From contig OZ245046.1 in NCBI GenBank assembly GCA_965224245.1, forward strand, positions 6,387,235-6,451,234: a DNA stretch of 64,000 nt, written 5' to 3'. Shown piece after piece: positions 40,254-51,359 of the stretch (the first letter of the stretch is position 1; each line of letters starts with the position of its first letter). The DNA is from Candidatus Eiseniibacteriota bacterium (GTDB lineage Bacteria; Eisenbacteria; RBG-16-71-46; CAZAMP01). A model generated the notes under the pieces. It was not told the DNA's origin. It made no database searches and was given only the letters and a program-made list of their open reading frames with translations. The translations under genes were made by a program, and so were the position numbers.

Positions 40254-41090
40254 CTACGCGTGACCATTCGCCAGGGAATTGACCCTGGATCTGAACTCGG
40301 CGAGCGAGGAATCACACTGGGCGAAGATGTCCTGGACTCTGGCGAAATCGAGCAGCTCCACGTTGTGAAGGGTGGGGCACACCAGAAGGTCGGGCGACCG
40401 TTGGCGCAATCTCTGATCGAGGAGCGTCTTCTGCAGGATGTCGATGGCGCCGGCCGAGGCCTCGAGGCTCGACGGCGCCTCCTCGCTCTCGGGAGTGCGT
40501 GCTCCGGCCGCATTGATCGCGATCGTGACGTCACAGTGATCGAGCAAGTGGTCGTAAGGCAGCTCGTTGACGAGACCGCCGTCGACGAGGATCCGCCCGT
40601 CGAGCTTGCAGGGGGAGACGAGCCCCGGGATCGAGATACTCGCCCGGATCGCGGTCAGCAGATCCCCCTCTTCGATGACGACCTCTTCCGCTCGCCAGAA
40701 ATCCGTCGCCACGATCGATAGTGGGATCTTCAGGTCGGCGAAAGTCTTCCCGGCGAGTGGCTCGAGCAGATGCTGCAAGAGGCGGTCGACATCGACGAGG
40801 CCACTTCGCCCGAGCCGGAGCCTCGACCGTGTGAGGATCTCGAGTATCGTGAGGATCTTGCGGAACGCCCGGCGCAGCGATGCCGGTTCGATGAAGTCGT
40901 ACTGCTCCACGAGCCGCCTGATCTCCGCGCCGGATCGCCCCGCGGCATAGAGGGCGCCCATGATTGCGCCCATGCTGCAGCCGGCGATCGTTGACGGCTG
41001 GATTCCGAGCTCGTCCAGCGCTTCGAGGTATCTGATGTGTGCGAAGCCGCGCGCCCCGCCCCCACCGAGCGCCAACCCGATTCGTTTCAC
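40254..41090 (-). CDS. Patatin-like phospholipase (NTE/RssA family)
   Basis: GGGGARG, GCSMGA nucleophile elbow, AS.SIPG and DGG motifs. Confidence 0.93.
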   Translation of the reverse strand: MKRIGLALGGGGARGFAHIRYLEALDELGIQPSTIAGCSMGAIMGALYAAGRSGAEIRRLVEQYDFIEPASLRRAFRKILTILEILTRSRLRLGRSGLVDVDRLLQHLLEPLAGKTFADLKIPLSIVATDFWRAEEVVIEEGDLLTAIRASISIPGLVSPCKLDGRILVDGGLVNELPYDHLLDHCDVTIAINAAGARTPESEEAPSSLEASAGAIDILQKTLLDQRLRQRSPDLLVCPTLHNVELLDFARVQDIFAQCDSSLAEFRSRVNSLANGHA

Positions 41091-41272
41091 TTGGTACTAT
41101 CCATGCTAAGCGCTAGCGGCGAACGCGACTCGCGCTTCCGGCAGGCCTTGCGATCTCGTTCCCGGACCTTATCGCGATGCGACACTCCCGGATCCTCGCA
41201 TGAACGGTCCGCCAGGAGAAGCCAGGACGTACCTCAGCCGAGTGGGTACGGGTAAAGCCAGATCAAGGCTCG

Positions 41273-42664
41273 TTACTGGTCGTCGTCATCGGTTGCGTCC
41301 AGCGCGCGCATCATGTCGTCGTGGCGCGTGAACTTCACGCGTGGACGCCCTTCGCGCGCGCCCCGTGCGATCTCACGCCGGTCGAGAAGCTGCCAGTCGG
41401 CGTAGTGCACGACGCGGACGCCGCGCGCCTCGAGCATGTCCAGAAAGGCATCGGCGTCCGCGGGGAGCGACGGCACGAGCCCGTCCCTCAGAAGGTCCTC
41501 GCGCACCGCCTCGACGGTCTCGGCCGCGTCGGCCTTGTTCGTCCCGATCAGCCCGCGTGGGCCCCGCTTCGCCCAGCCGACGACGAACTCGCGGGGAACA
41601 GGATCTCCGTCTGCCGACACGACCCGTCCGGCGTGGTTTCGGATCGCCGCCCGATCGGTGTCGAACGGCACGCCCGGGATCGGGACCGACCGATACCCGA
41701 TCGCGCGAACCACCTTCGTCACCTCGAGGATCGACTCCTCGTCGGTCGCCCGCACGGTGCTCGTGCCGTCCTCGGCGTAGAGGATCTCGTTCCGGCACAC
41801 GCGAAGTGAAGACACGCACCCATTCCGGCCCAGCACCTCGATCGGCGAGGTCAGAAAGCGAAAGCGGATGCAACGCGCGTTCCGGCGCGGTCGCGTGCGA
41901 AAGCCCCGGAGGATCTCGAGGTTCTTCGCAGCGACCGGGTCGGCGTCTCTCATGTGCTCCTGGCGCCGGCTGAGCACGAGGTCGCGCTCGTCGACGAGCA
42001 CGTCGACGTCATCGATCGCTCCCAGCTCGGCGAGCTCGGACGGCGTGCACTTGGCCTCGAGCACCCCACGACGCGCGAGCACGTGGATGTCGGTCACGTC
42101 GCTCTCGCGCAGCCGCTCGAGGGCCGGATCGGCGATGTCGGTGCGCCCCAGCGTATGCGTGGAGGTGGCGAGGATTCGCGCCACGTCGATGGCCACGTTT
42201 CCGATGCCGACGATCGCAATCTGACGATCGTGCAGATCTAGCGCGAAGTCGCCGTAATCCGGATGACCGTTGTACCACGCCACGAACGTCGTGGATGCCA
42301 GACATCCCGCGAGCTCTTCGCCGGGGATGCCGAGCTGCCGGTCCGCTTCCGCTCCGACGGCGTAGATCACCGCATCGTAGAACCGATGTAGATCCGCCGC
42401 CGTGACGTCGCGACCGACGGTCACGTTGGCGATCAACCGGACGCGCGGGTCGGCCGCGACCTTCTCGTAGACGCGCGTGACGTTCTTGATCTTCGGATGG
42501 TCGGGTGCCACACCGTAGCGGACGAGACCGAACGGCGTGGGAAGTCGCTCGATCAGATCGACGTCCATGTCGAGGTCGGGGAGCCGGCGAAGCGCGCTGG
42601 CCGCGTAGAAGCCGGCGGGTCCCGCGCCGACGATGGCGATCCGGTAGGGTCGTGTCGAAGCCAT
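41273..42664 (-). CDS. Ferredoxin--NADP+ reductase of the adrenodoxin-reductase/FprA type
   Basis: IVGAGPAGFY, PTPFGLVRYGVAPDH, WYNGHPD, G.GNVAIDVAR, GWAKRGP.GLIGTNK.DA.ETV, E..RG...GRPRVK. Confidence 0.92.
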   Translation of the reverse strand: MASTRPYRIAIVGAGPAGFYAASALRRLPDLDMDVDLIERLPTPFGLVRYGVAPDHPKIKNVTRVYEKVAADPRVRLIANVTVGRDVTAADLHRFYDAVIYAVGAEADRQLGIPGEELAGCLASTTFVAWYNGHPDYGDFALDLHDRQIAIVGIGNVAIDVARILATSTHTLGRTDIADPALERLRESDVTDIHVLARRGVLEAKCTPSELAELGAIDDVDVLVDERDLVLSRRQEHMRDADPVAAKNLEILRGFRTRPRRNARCIRFRFLTSPIEVLGRNGCVSSLRVCRNEILYAEDGTSTVRATDEESILEVTKVVRAIGYRSVPIPGVPFDTDRAAIRNHAGRVVSADGDPVPREFVVGWAKRGPRGLIGTNKADAAETVEAVREDLLRDGLVPSLPADADAFLDMLEARGVRVVHYADWQLLDRREIARGAREGRPRVKFTRHDDMMRALDATDDDDQ

Positions 42665-43009
42665 CTCGCGCCTCTTGCCTCGGGGTCGTCGTCGATGGTC
42701 GCCAGCCTAGCAAGGCCGTCGGCCGGGGGTCCAGGGAGCTGGAGAGGGTTTGCCGTGTCGGGCGGCTTCAACCGGACACCGTGGACTCCCGGCATGGGTC
42801 ACGGGCGCCGTCTGGAGCACAGGTGAGCGAGAGATCCTGTGGAGCCCAAAAGACGCTACAATCCAGGCATGCCGATCACCCGAAAGGGGCGTCATCCAGC
42901 CAGCCGACGTGGGTGCCCATGCAGATGAGACCCGACGTGTTCCGGTGGTCCGGACGGCGAACAGCAACCTGAAGCGAGGCGGTATGCGGGACCCGGTACC
43001 GACAGGCAC

Positions 43010-45208
43010 ATGAAGTCGCTGGAGATTCCGTATCCGGCGCGAGCGCTCTCGATCTCGATTCCGGTCTGCGCTCTGGCCCTGACACACACCGGGGCGCTGG
43101 CGCAGGACTGCCCGATCGGAAGTCGGATCGCCTCCTACCAGTTCTCCGGCATCGACCACGCTCGGACGCTCGATCGCATCGACGCCGTCGACTACCTGGT
43201 GTGGGGGGGCGACTCACGCGTTCAAACCAGAGACCCCGACACCTTCGACCCGTGGGAGTACCACGACATGACCGGCATCCCGCACTCGATGACGCTGGCG
43301 CCGTGGCGCGCGACGTCCTCCTGGGAGGCCGTGGTCGTTCTCTCTCACGAGAACGCGTATCTGGATCTGGTGGGCATCGATCAGTTCGGCACCTTCGGAG
43401 CCGGGTTCAGCGGCGTCTATCTGGGCAGAGGCGGCTCCTGCGTCGACGACATCGCACCCGCCTTCTTGCATCGATACGAACATACCTCCGACGCATGGCG
43501 CGCGCTCAACGACGGTCTAACCGGGATCCTGTACGTCGGAACGCGGCACGGGCCCGAGTGCGCGCCCCACGACACGGGAAACAAGGTCTACTCGGTGAGG
43601 CTGGACGACGGCGTGAAGCTCGATGCCTTCAACTGGGACGGCACCGACGGAGAGGTGGACGACATCCAGGGCATGGTCCTCGATCCCATCGAGGATGTGC
43701 TGTACGTCACCACGGAACAGTCGGACGCCTTGCAGAACAGCCTGTGGGCGCTCGACGTGAGAACCATCTCGCCCTCGGAGCGCTTCAGCGTGAACGCCGG
43801 GCGCATCCGGGCGGCCCCCGTCCTGCGCAGCGGACGCCTCTATACCGTCAGCCTCGTCGACGGCGTGTCCGCGCGAGACCCCGCGGACGGTACGGTGATC
43901 TGGTCGATCACGACGCCCGGGTTCATCCCCGTCCAGTCGAATTTCCTGGCTCCGCTGACCCCGCCGTATCACGACGCCCTCATCGTCCAGGACTTCTTCG
44001 GCGACGTGCATCTCGCCCGCGATGAAGGCTCTTCAGGAAGCTGGGAGTGGTCGGCGATCATCCCGGGCGACGGCCAGCCGCCCCGGGGCCTCCTGACGTT
44101 CGACCCGGTCGCGGGCGCCATCTACGCCCCGGACGATTCGGGACTCATCTACCAGATCGATGCCGCGGATGGCGCGATCGTGACCTCGTTCGCCGCCGAC
44201 AGTACTGGAGGCTTGCCGACTGCCGTACAGCTCGACTGGCCGCTCGAGGACGGTGAGCAGGTGGAGATGCTCGTGGCGACCGACGACGGGACGGTCGCCC
44301 GGCTCTGCGTCGCCGACGGCGGCATGCTCCAGAACGGGCTCGGGCCACCCGAGCGTGGCGAGCACTGGGTGGGCTACTCGTCGTACCACGACACCGACAC
44401 CGGAACGTCGAACGTGATCCTGCATCCGCTCGACGTCGCCGGACCGACGCTCCTCACGTTCTTCGAGGCAACCGCGACCGGAGTCGGTCCCTGTGATCTC
44501 GGCCGGGGTCCGACGCCGTGCCTGGAACAGATGACGTTCTTCATCATGGGGTGGGACGCGGGCGCAATCGAGGGGGATCCCACCGACCCCGAGGCTCCCG
44601 GGAAGCTCTTTCACGTGGACGTGACCAGCCGACTCACGCTCGTCCGGGGGACGGGCTACACACGCTACGGCGGCGGAGACCTCATCGAGACGGCGCTCCT
44701 CAGCTTCGACCTCACGGGTCTCGGCCTCGTCCTGCCCTCCGCTGGCGGCAGCGTCGCGCTCATGGGAGAAGGGAGCGCATCTGCGCTCGGCGAGCTCTCG
44801 TACTCCTTCATCGACGGAGGCGGAGCAGAGACGGATTCGCTACACGTCTTTCCGGACGACACCACGACCCCGTTCCCACAGACCGCGGTCCGTGTCAGAG
44901 GGGAGCCCGCGGAGGCGGCGGATGTCGCCGATGGCGTCCCCGCGTCGCTTCAGGGCCGGGTCCACGTCGCACCGCATCCGGTCCGGACGACGGCGGCCGT
45001 AGCCATCGCCGGGGCTGAAGGTGACCCGGTGCGCATCGAGCTGTTCGATGCCGCAGGCCGGCGGGTGTCACGCATCCACATTGGGCACATGCGGGGTCCA
45101 CGAGAGGTGATCACGTGGAATGCCACCACCGTGTCGCCCGGCATCTACTTCCTGCGCACCCTGATCGGACGGGAGGTCCTCACGCGGCAGATCACTCGCG
45201 CACCCTGA
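43010..45208 (+). CDS. Secreted PQQ-like beta-propeller protein with an unnamed middle domain and C-terminal sorting domain; paralogue of 875..3019
   Basis: Signal peptide. Shares PPYHDA.IV.DF.G.VHLARD, FDPVAGA.YAPD, GPCD.GRGPTPC and PGKLFHVDVT.RLT with 875..3019. APHPV...PGIYFLR tail. Confidence 0.82.
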   Translation: MKSLEIPYPARALSISIPVCALALTHTGALAQDCPIGSRIASYQFSGIDHARTLDRIDAVDYLVWGGDSRVQTRDPDTFDPWEYHDMTGIPHSMTLAPWRATSSWEAVVVLSHENAYLDLVGIDQFGTFGAGFSGVYLGRGGSCVDDIAPAFLHRYEHTSDAWRALNDGLTGILYVGTRHGPECAPHDTGNKVYSVRLDDGVKLDAFNWDGTDGEVDDIQGMVLDPIEDVLYVTTEQSDALQNSLWALDVRTISPSERFSVNAGRIRAAPVLRSGRLYTVSLVDGVSARDPADGTVIWSITTPGFIPVQSNFLAPLTPPYHDALIVQDFFGDVHLARDEGSSGSWEWSAIIPGDGQPPRGLLTFDPVAGAIYAPDDSGLIYQIDAADGAIVTSFAADSTGGLPTAVQLDWPLEDGEQVEMLVATDDGTVARLCVADGGMLQNGLGPPERGEHWVGYSSYHDTDTGTSNVILHPLDVAGPTLLTFFEATATGVGPCDLGRGPTPCLEQMTFFIMGWDAGAIEGDPTDPEAPGKLFHVDVTSRLTLVRGTGYTRYGGGDLIETALLSFDLTGLGLVLPSAGGSVALMGEGSASALGELSYSFIDGGGAETDSLHVFPDDTTTPFPQTAVRVRGEPAEAADVADGVPASLQGRVHVAPHPVRTTAAVAIAGAEGDPVRIELFDAAGRRVSRIHIGHMRGPREVITWNATTVSPGIYFLRTLIGREVLTRQITRAP

Positions 45209-45395
45209 TCCGTCGCGAGAAAGCGCGATCTGTCCTGGCCGGAGACCGGCTACGCGGCCGAGTCCCACATCCATCCGATCCTGGATCGCGCCGTTCTCGT
45301 CCCGCGCCTGACACACATCGTCGCCTGCACGGGTCGGCAAAGTAGGGTATGATCTGGCCATTCTCACGCGACCAACATCATCCCGGGGGGCCAAC

Positions 45396-48137
45396 ATGAC
45401 TTCAGCTAACCCATGCCGCAGCACGGCGCTCGCACTGGCCGCGTCGATCACCGCCTGTTCGCTCGCGTTCGGGCAGCCGGATCACTTCGAGAGCCCCCAC
45501 GTGCATCCCATCGACATGACGCCCGACGGACACACCCTGCTCGTCTGTCACACCGCCGACATGCGGCTGAGCGTGTTCGACCTGGACGGCACCTCGCTTC
45601 CGGCCCGATCGATCGAGATCCCCGTCGGGATCGAGCCCGTGACGGTGCGGGCCCGTACGAACGATGAGGCCTGGGTCGTCAATCACGTCTCCGACGACGT
45701 CTCCGTCGTCGATCTCACGACCGGGAACGTGGTGCGCACGTTGCTCGTCGGCGATGAGCCCACCGACGTCGTGTTCGCGGGCTCGCCCGAGCGCGCGTAC
45801 GTGTGCGTCTCACAGGAGGACGTGATCCGCGTCTACGATCCCACCGACCTCGACGCACCGCCGGTCGACATCCCACTGGATGCGAGTGATCCGTTCGCGC
45901 TCGCCGTGGGCAAGAACGGGGCATCGGTCTACGTGTGTGTACTCGATTCGCAGAACCGGACGACCATCGTGCCGTTCGACGTGGTCGAGGCGGGGGGCGG
46001 ACTCCCGCCGCCGTCGCCGCCGATGGCGCCCGGTCTACCGCCGGCGCCTTCCACGTCGTTGATCGTGAAGCATGACGGTACGCACTGGGTCGACGAGATC
46101 GGACGGCAGTGGGACTCGGATCTTCCCTTCACGCTCCTCGATCACGACGTGCTGGAGATCGACACCGCGTCGCGTACGATTGCGGGAACGGTATCCGACG
46201 TCGGGACGACGCTCTTCGCCATCGCGGTGAATCCCGACGACGACACGATCTACGTGACCGGTCAGGAGGCGTTCAACGAGGTCCGTTTCGAGCCCAACCT
46301 CAAGGGGAAGTTCGCCGAGACACGTCTCGCGTCGATCGACGCGACGACGCTGGTCGCGACCACGACCTCGCTCAATCCACACATCGACTACACGAATCCC
46401 GCCGGAAGTGAGGCGGAGCGTGCGCTGAGCCTCTCCACACCGACCGGCATCGCGGTCTCAGCGGCGGGAACCGAGATCTACGTGAGCGCGCTCGGCTCCG
46501 ACGCGGTGGCCGTGCTGGATCCGGCCGGAGCCGTGCTCCGTCGCATCGACGTCGGAGCCGGCCCCACGGGCGTCGTGCTGGACGAACCCCGCAATCGACT
46601 GTACGTCGTCGGCCGGTTCGAGAGCACGATCTCGGTGGTGGACCTGGGCACGGACACGTCGGTCGAGGTGGCGATCGGCTTCGACCCCTCGGATCCCGCG
46701 GTGACCGCCGGGCGGCGACTGCTGTACGAGGGTCGGCTCTCGTCTGCGCACGGCGACCTCGCCTGCGGGACCTGCCACGTCTTCGCGGGCATGGACAACA
46801 TCGCGTGGGATCTCGGGGACCCCGAGGGTGAGTTCGTGCCGAACGGCTTCAACGGCAACCACCCGATGAAGGGCCCGATGACCACCCAGTCGCTGAAGGG
46901 GCTCGCCGAGACCGACCCGTTCCACTGGCGCGGGGATCGGACCACCCTCGCGGACTTCAATCCCGCGTTCGTCTCGCTCCTCGGGCGCTCGAGCGAGCTG
47001 TCGGCCACGGAGTTCCAGGCGTTCGAGGACTTCCTGGCGACGGTGCGGTATCCACCGAATCCGAACCAGAACCTCGACGGCACGTTGCCGGATCCGCCCT
47101 CGGGTCCGAACCCGACGCGCGGCTTCGACGCGTACACCACGGGCAGTCTCGTCGGCGGGATCGAGTGCGTCGATTGTCACACGCTGCCTACCGGCGAGCA
47201 GGGACTCGTGATTCCCGCGCAGCTCCTGCAGGAGCCGCAGGACATGGTGATCCCCCAGCTACGCAACATGCACGAGAAGACCCGGTTCGATCGCGAGTCC
47301 CCGACCACGGTCCGCGGCTTCGGGTACACGCACGACGGTGCGGTGGACGACCTCCTCGAGTTCCTCCGGTTCCCCGGGTTCACGTTCTCGGGGGACGCCC
47401 AGCGAGAAGACGTCGCGGCATTTCTCCTGGCATTCGGGTTCGAGACGCCGGCAGCGGTCGGCGCCCAGTGGACGATGGACGGGGCGAACGAAGTAGTGGG
47501 CCTCCCCCGCGTGACCACATTGCGCGACGTCGCCGACACCGGCGTGATCGGGCTCATTGCCAAGGGCCCCGATGCATCGGGCCAGGCGCGCGGCTGGCTG
47601 TACGAGGGAAGCGACGGGTGGACGTCGGACCGCGAGGTCGAGGCCCCGCTGACGACCCAGGCGCTGGTGGACATGGCCGGGGCGGGGCGCGAGATCACGT
47701 TCACCGCCGTGCTCGCCGGCACCGAGTTTCGGCTCGGCATCGATCGGGACGCCGACGGCTATCGCGACCGGGACGAGATCGATGCCGGCTCGGATCCGGC
47801 CGATCCCGCATCGACACCCGACGCGCTCGCGGTAGGCGTGACGTCCGGTCGACCGGCGCTCTCTCTGCCACCGGTGCGGCCCAACCCGATCCGTTCGGGG
47901 GTGGCGACCATCTCGATCGACGTCGGTCGAGATGCGGCGATCGACGTGACCGTGCACGACGTTCGAGGCCGACGGGTCATGGCGCTCGCGAGCGCGGCGG
48001 CGCTCTCGCCGGGACGTCACACGATCACGTGGGATCTCCGCGACGAGCGCGGGAGCGTGGTGGCGTCGGGCCTCTACTATGTACGGGCCAACTCGGCGGT
48101 CGGACGCGCGGTCCGACGCCTGGTGGTCGTCCAGTGA
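45396..48137 (+). CDS. YVTN/YncE beta-propeller plus diheme cytochrome c (CcP/MauG-like) with FlgD-Ig C-terminal domain
   Basis: Signal peptide, propeller (IPVGIEP, WVVNHVSDDVSVVD), CGTCH and CVDCH, HPMKGPMTTQSL.GL, PFHWRGDR, RPNPI...SGLYYVR tail. Confidence 0.88.
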   Translation: MTSANPCRSTALALAASITACSLAFGQPDHFESPHVHPIDMTPDGHTLLVCHTADMRLSVFDLDGTSLPARSIEIPVGIEPVTVRARTNDEAWVVNHVSDDVSVVDLTTGNVVRTLLVGDEPTDVVFAGSPERAYVCVSQEDVIRVYDPTDLDAPPVDIPLDASDPFALAVGKNGASVYVCVLDSQNRTTIVPFDVVEAGGGLPPPSPPMAPGLPPAPSTSLIVKHDGTHWVDEIGRQWDSDLPFTLLDHDVLEIDTASRTIAGTVSDVGTTLFAIAVNPDDDTIYVTGQEAFNEVRFEPNLKGKFAETRLASIDATTLVATTTSLNPHIDYTNPAGSEAERALSLSTPTGIAVSAAGTEIYVSALGSDAVAVLDPAGAVLRRIDVGAGPTGVVLDEPRNRLYVVGRFESTISVVDLGTDTSVEVAIGFDPSDPAVTAGRRLLYEGRLSSAHGDLACGTCHVFAGMDNIAWDLGDPEGEFVPNGFNGNHPMKGPMTTQSLKGLAETDPFHWRGDRTTLADFNPAFVSLLGRSSELSATEFQAFEDFLATVRYPPNPNQNLDGTLPDPPSGPNPTRGFDAYTTGSLVGGIECVDCHTLPTGEQGLVIPAQLLQEPQDMVIPQLRNMHEKTRFDRESPTTVRGFGYTHDGAVDDLLEFLRFPGFTFSGDAQREDVAAFLLAFGFETPAAVGAQWTMDGANEVVGLPRVTTLRDVADTGVIGLIAKGPDASGQARGWLYEGSDGWTSDREVEAPLTTQALVDMAGAGREITFTAVLAGTEFRLGIDRDADGYRDRDEIDAGSDPADPASTPDALAVGVTSGRPALSLPPVRPNPIRSGVATISIDVGRDAAIDVTVHDVRGRRVMALASAAALSPGRHTITWDLRDERGSVVASGLYYVRANSAVGRAVRRLVVVQ

Positions 48138-48508
48138 TCGTCAATCGGTGACGAGAGGCTCGCCGGCCTGCCCCGAGGAGCCTGTGCGCGCGTCCTCCGG
48201 CGTTTCCGAAGCCGCAGGTCGAGAAGCGCACCACGGCGAGAGCGGCGGAACGCCTCCGGATCCCACACTCCCGGATACCCCACTTCGATCGGATCACGAG
48301 GTGTCCGAGGACGCTAACGAACTATGGCTGCGAGATTTACGGATGTGCTGACTTCGCTCGACACGTGACGCCCCAGCTCCGCGCGTGTGCTTCTCACGGG
48401 TGAGATCGTGGCTTTCTCTGCGTGTTCTCCGATCGGCTTGCGCTCTACCCGGTGACGGGGCGAGACGCACCCGCCCCTCCGACAGGGTGAAAGGACGGAG
48501 TACATACC

Positions 48509-49354
48509 ATGAGGACGCAGACTCGATTCCGCATCGCGCGACCTCTCGCCGCGATGCTCGTCAGCGCCATCGGCCTCGTCGGCTGCGGGGAGGACTCCTC
48601 GGCCCCCACGGCTCCAGCGTCGACCACCACTCCGCACACGTTGCTTCTCGACGGTGACGTTGGCGCCGCCACGATCGTGGCCGACCGGGCAGACTTCGGC
48701 TTCATCCACGGCACCCTCGAGTTCACGATCGAAGCGTGGGTGCGCCTCGATGATCCCGAGGACGATGCCTTCTTCACCATTGCGGGAAGCACGCCAAGGA
48801 GGCTCGAGCGAGGCTTCTTCTTCGGATACGAGAACCGCCCCGCTGTGGGCAATCAGCTCCTGCGACTGGGTGTGGTCCGGGGCACGGGCACGCAATACGC
48901 GATTCAGGCGTTCGGAGACGGCTCCGATCTCGCTGACGGCGAGTGGCATCACGTGGCCGTCGTCTCGGACGGCACCGGCCACGTCCTGTTCTACGTCGAT
49001 GCAAACATCATCATCCCGACGATCGATGAGTACACAGGGAGCGGTGACGGCGAGCCGACGCGCGACCTCCAGATCGGCGACCTTCATTCCGTCGAGACCG
49101 GAGGCGACTTCTTCCTGTCCGGCGGCATCGACGACGTTCGGATCTGGGACGTCGCGCGCTCGGCGTCCGAGATCGCGGCGACGCGCACGCAGAACCTCGG
49201 AGCTCGGAGCGGCCTCGTTGGCTACTGGCGCTTCGACGAGGTTCGGGACCTCGACGGAGATGGGGAGACGAACGATGTTCCGGACTCCTCGGGACACGGA
49301 AACCACGCCCGGCTCGAGGAGACAGCACGGCTCGTCGAAGGGCAGCTCTACTAG
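48509..49354 (+). CDS. LamG/ConA-like domain lipoprotein
   Basis: Lipobox LVG-C. FTIEAWV, GEWHHVAVV, FYVD, G.IDDVRIW..ARS..EI, GLVGYWRFDE. Confidence 0.9.
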   Translation: MRTQTRFRIARPLAAMLVSAIGLVGCGEDSSAPTAPASTTTPHTLLLDGDVGAATIVADRADFGFIHGTLEFTIEAWVRLDDPEDDAFFTIAGSTPRRLERGFFFGYENRPAVGNQLLRLGVVRGTGTQYAIQAFGDGSDLADGEWHHVAVVSDGTGHVLFYVDANIIIPTIDEYTGSGDGEPTRDLQIGDLHSVETGGDFFLSGGIDDVRIWDVARSASEIAATRTQNLGARSGLVGYWRFDEVRDLDGDGETNDVPDSSGHGNHARLEETARLVEGQLY

Positions 49355-49649
49355 ACGGAGCTCGCGATCGTTCTCGCCGACGGTCTCTGCGGGTGTCGTG
49401 CGAAAGGAACGTCGAAACGGTGGGGTCTCCGCACCGCGATGCAACGAATGGCCGGGTGAAGGTCGATCGGGAGACGGTCCGGATACCTGAACGTCGAGAG
49501 CGCTGAACGCGATGTCGCCTCTGCACCCGAGCAGCAGGACTCCCTTCACGTCGCAGAACAGACGGCCAGCGCGAGATCAATCAGATGGGCGACGGCCAGT
49601 AACACGTGTGTCGTCACGACGTGTCCCCATTCGCGAGCGACCGGGGTAC

Positions 49650-51359
49650 CTACAGCACCACGAGACGGACCATGTCCGACGATCGACCCAGATCGATCTT
49701 CACGAAGTAGACGCCGCTCGTCACCAGCCCGCCACGATCGTCGCGGCGATCCCACTCCCAGTTGACCAGACCGCCCGCGAGCGCACCGTCATGGAGCATG
49801 CGCACGTGGCGTCCCGAGACGTCGTGCACGGACACCCGGGCGACGTCCGCGCCCTCGCCGCGGTAGCGGACGCGCGTGAGGTGTCGCACGGGGTTCGGTC
49901 GGGCCTGGATGAGATCGACGATCAGGTCCGCATCGGGAACTGCGATCGTCGGGGTGTTGAGGAACACGTAGTTGCCGACGTTCGAGTCCCAGTTGGTCAC
50001 TCCGAGGTCCAGATCCTCGGAGTAGGTGTAGTCGATTTCGACCGAGAGGCCGTTTCCCGGCTGGCTGGCGAAGGAGATCCAGCCGTTCACGAGGTGTGCG
50101 ACGTAGGCCGTGGCCGGCTGCGTGATGCCGTCGACGCGCACCGCGTCGATCGATCGGACGGGCGCGTGCCCCGTGTGGAAGAACGTGCGGGTGCCGGTGC
50201 CGATCGCCATCGTGAGGCCGTCGGCCTGAAGCCCGTCGTTGTCGACGTCGCCCCAGAACATGTTCTCGATGACCGACGACGTGGCCGACGTCCAGACCGC
50301 ACTCGGGCTGAGGTCACCGCCCGTGTTCTCGTAGATCCGGGCCGCGTCGAACCAGCGACCGGTGGTGAGGTCGGAGTCGCCGTCCAGGTCGAGGTCCTGC
50401 CAGGAGACGTGCGAGCCGTAGCCACCGGTGGCGGACTGCCACGAGGGAGTCGTCGCGAGGTCGCCGCTGGTGTTGGGGTAGACCTTGAAGCGTCCCGGCC
50501 CGCCCAGCTGGTCGTTGTCGGCGACGGCGAGCTCGGGGTAGCCGTCTCCGTTCCAGTCACCGAACGCGGTCGTGTTGCCGTTCTGCGGCGAGTCGGTCGA
50601 CTCCCACGTCGGAGTGGTGAGAAGGCCTCCACCCGTGGTCTGGTCGTTCCGGTACACGCGATTGGGTGAGAGGATGCCGCAGAACGCGAGATCGAGGTCC
50701 CCGTCGGCATCGACGTCGTCCCAGAAGGCGTCGAGCGCGAAGCCGAGGTCGGCGGCGACCCAGGACGGCATCGCCTCGAGGGTGCCCGCGTCGTTCAGGT
50801 ACACGCGGTGGTGGTCGGGATCACCGAAGTACGATTCGCCCGAGGTCGCGGCGAGATCGAGGTCGCCATCTCCATCCACGTCGCCGAGGGCGCAGGAGAA
50901 GGTGTAGAAGCTCTCGCCTGAGACCCAGTCGGGCGTGGACGAGAACGCACCGGCCCCATCGTTGTAGTAGACCTTGAGCCTGCCGGGCTCGGAGAAGCCG
51001 GCCGGCCCGATGTAGACCGACACCGCCACGTCGACGAGTCCGTCGCCGTTGATGTCGCCGAGGTCGAGGTGACCGTGGTAGTCGACGTCGGATGACGACC
51101 ACGTCGGCGTGAGGGGCAAGGTGCCGTCCCCCTGGTTGTGATAGATGACGACGGACTGTCGCTCGATGTCGTTGCCGTTGGCGACCACCATGTCCAGCCA
51201 GCCGTCTCCGTCCACGTCGGCCCACGCACCGCCGGTGGCGACGTGACCGAGTGGGGTGGATGTGTACGCCGGTGACGTCTCGAGTGGAACGGCGGCGTCG
51301 GTGCCGGACGCGAGAACACCGAGCGCGGTGACGAGCAGGACCGGTCTGGGTGAGTGCAT
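49650..51359 (-). CDS. FG-GAP/VCBS-repeat secreted protein with FlgD-Ig C-terminal domain
   Basis: GAGG RBS, signal peptide, repeated (W/L/F).D(V/I/W)(D/N)GDG..DL units each followed by Y.N..G....P.W, RPNPV...SGVYFVKI tail. Confidence 0.9.
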   Translation of the reverse strand: MHSPRPVLLVTALGVLASGTDAAVPLETSPAYTSTPLGHVATGGAWADVDGDGWLDMVVANGNDIERQSVVIYHNQGDGTLPLTPTWSSSDVDYHGHLDLGDINGDGLVDVAVSVYIGPAGFSEPGRLKVYYNDGAGAFSSTPDWVSGESFYTFSCALGDVDGDGDLDLAATSGESYFGDPDHHRVYLNDAGTLEAMPSWVAADLGFALDAFWDDVDADGDLDLAFCGILSPNRVYRNDQTTGGGLLTTPTWESTDSPQNGNTTAFGDWNGDGYPELAVADNDQLGGPGRFKVYPNTSGDLATTPSWQSATGGYGSHVSWQDLDLDGDSDLTTGRWFDAARIYENTGGDLSPSAVWTSATSSVIENMFWGDVDNDGLQADGLTMAIGTGTRTFFHTGHAPVRSIDAVRVDGITQPATAYVAHLVNGWISFASQPGNGLSVEIDYTYSEDLDLGVTNWDSNVGNYVFLNTPTIAVPDADLIVDLIQARPNPVRHLTRVRYRGEGADVARVSVHDVSGRHVRMLHDGALAGGLVNWEWDRRDDRGGLVTSGVYFVKIDLGRSSDMVRLVVL

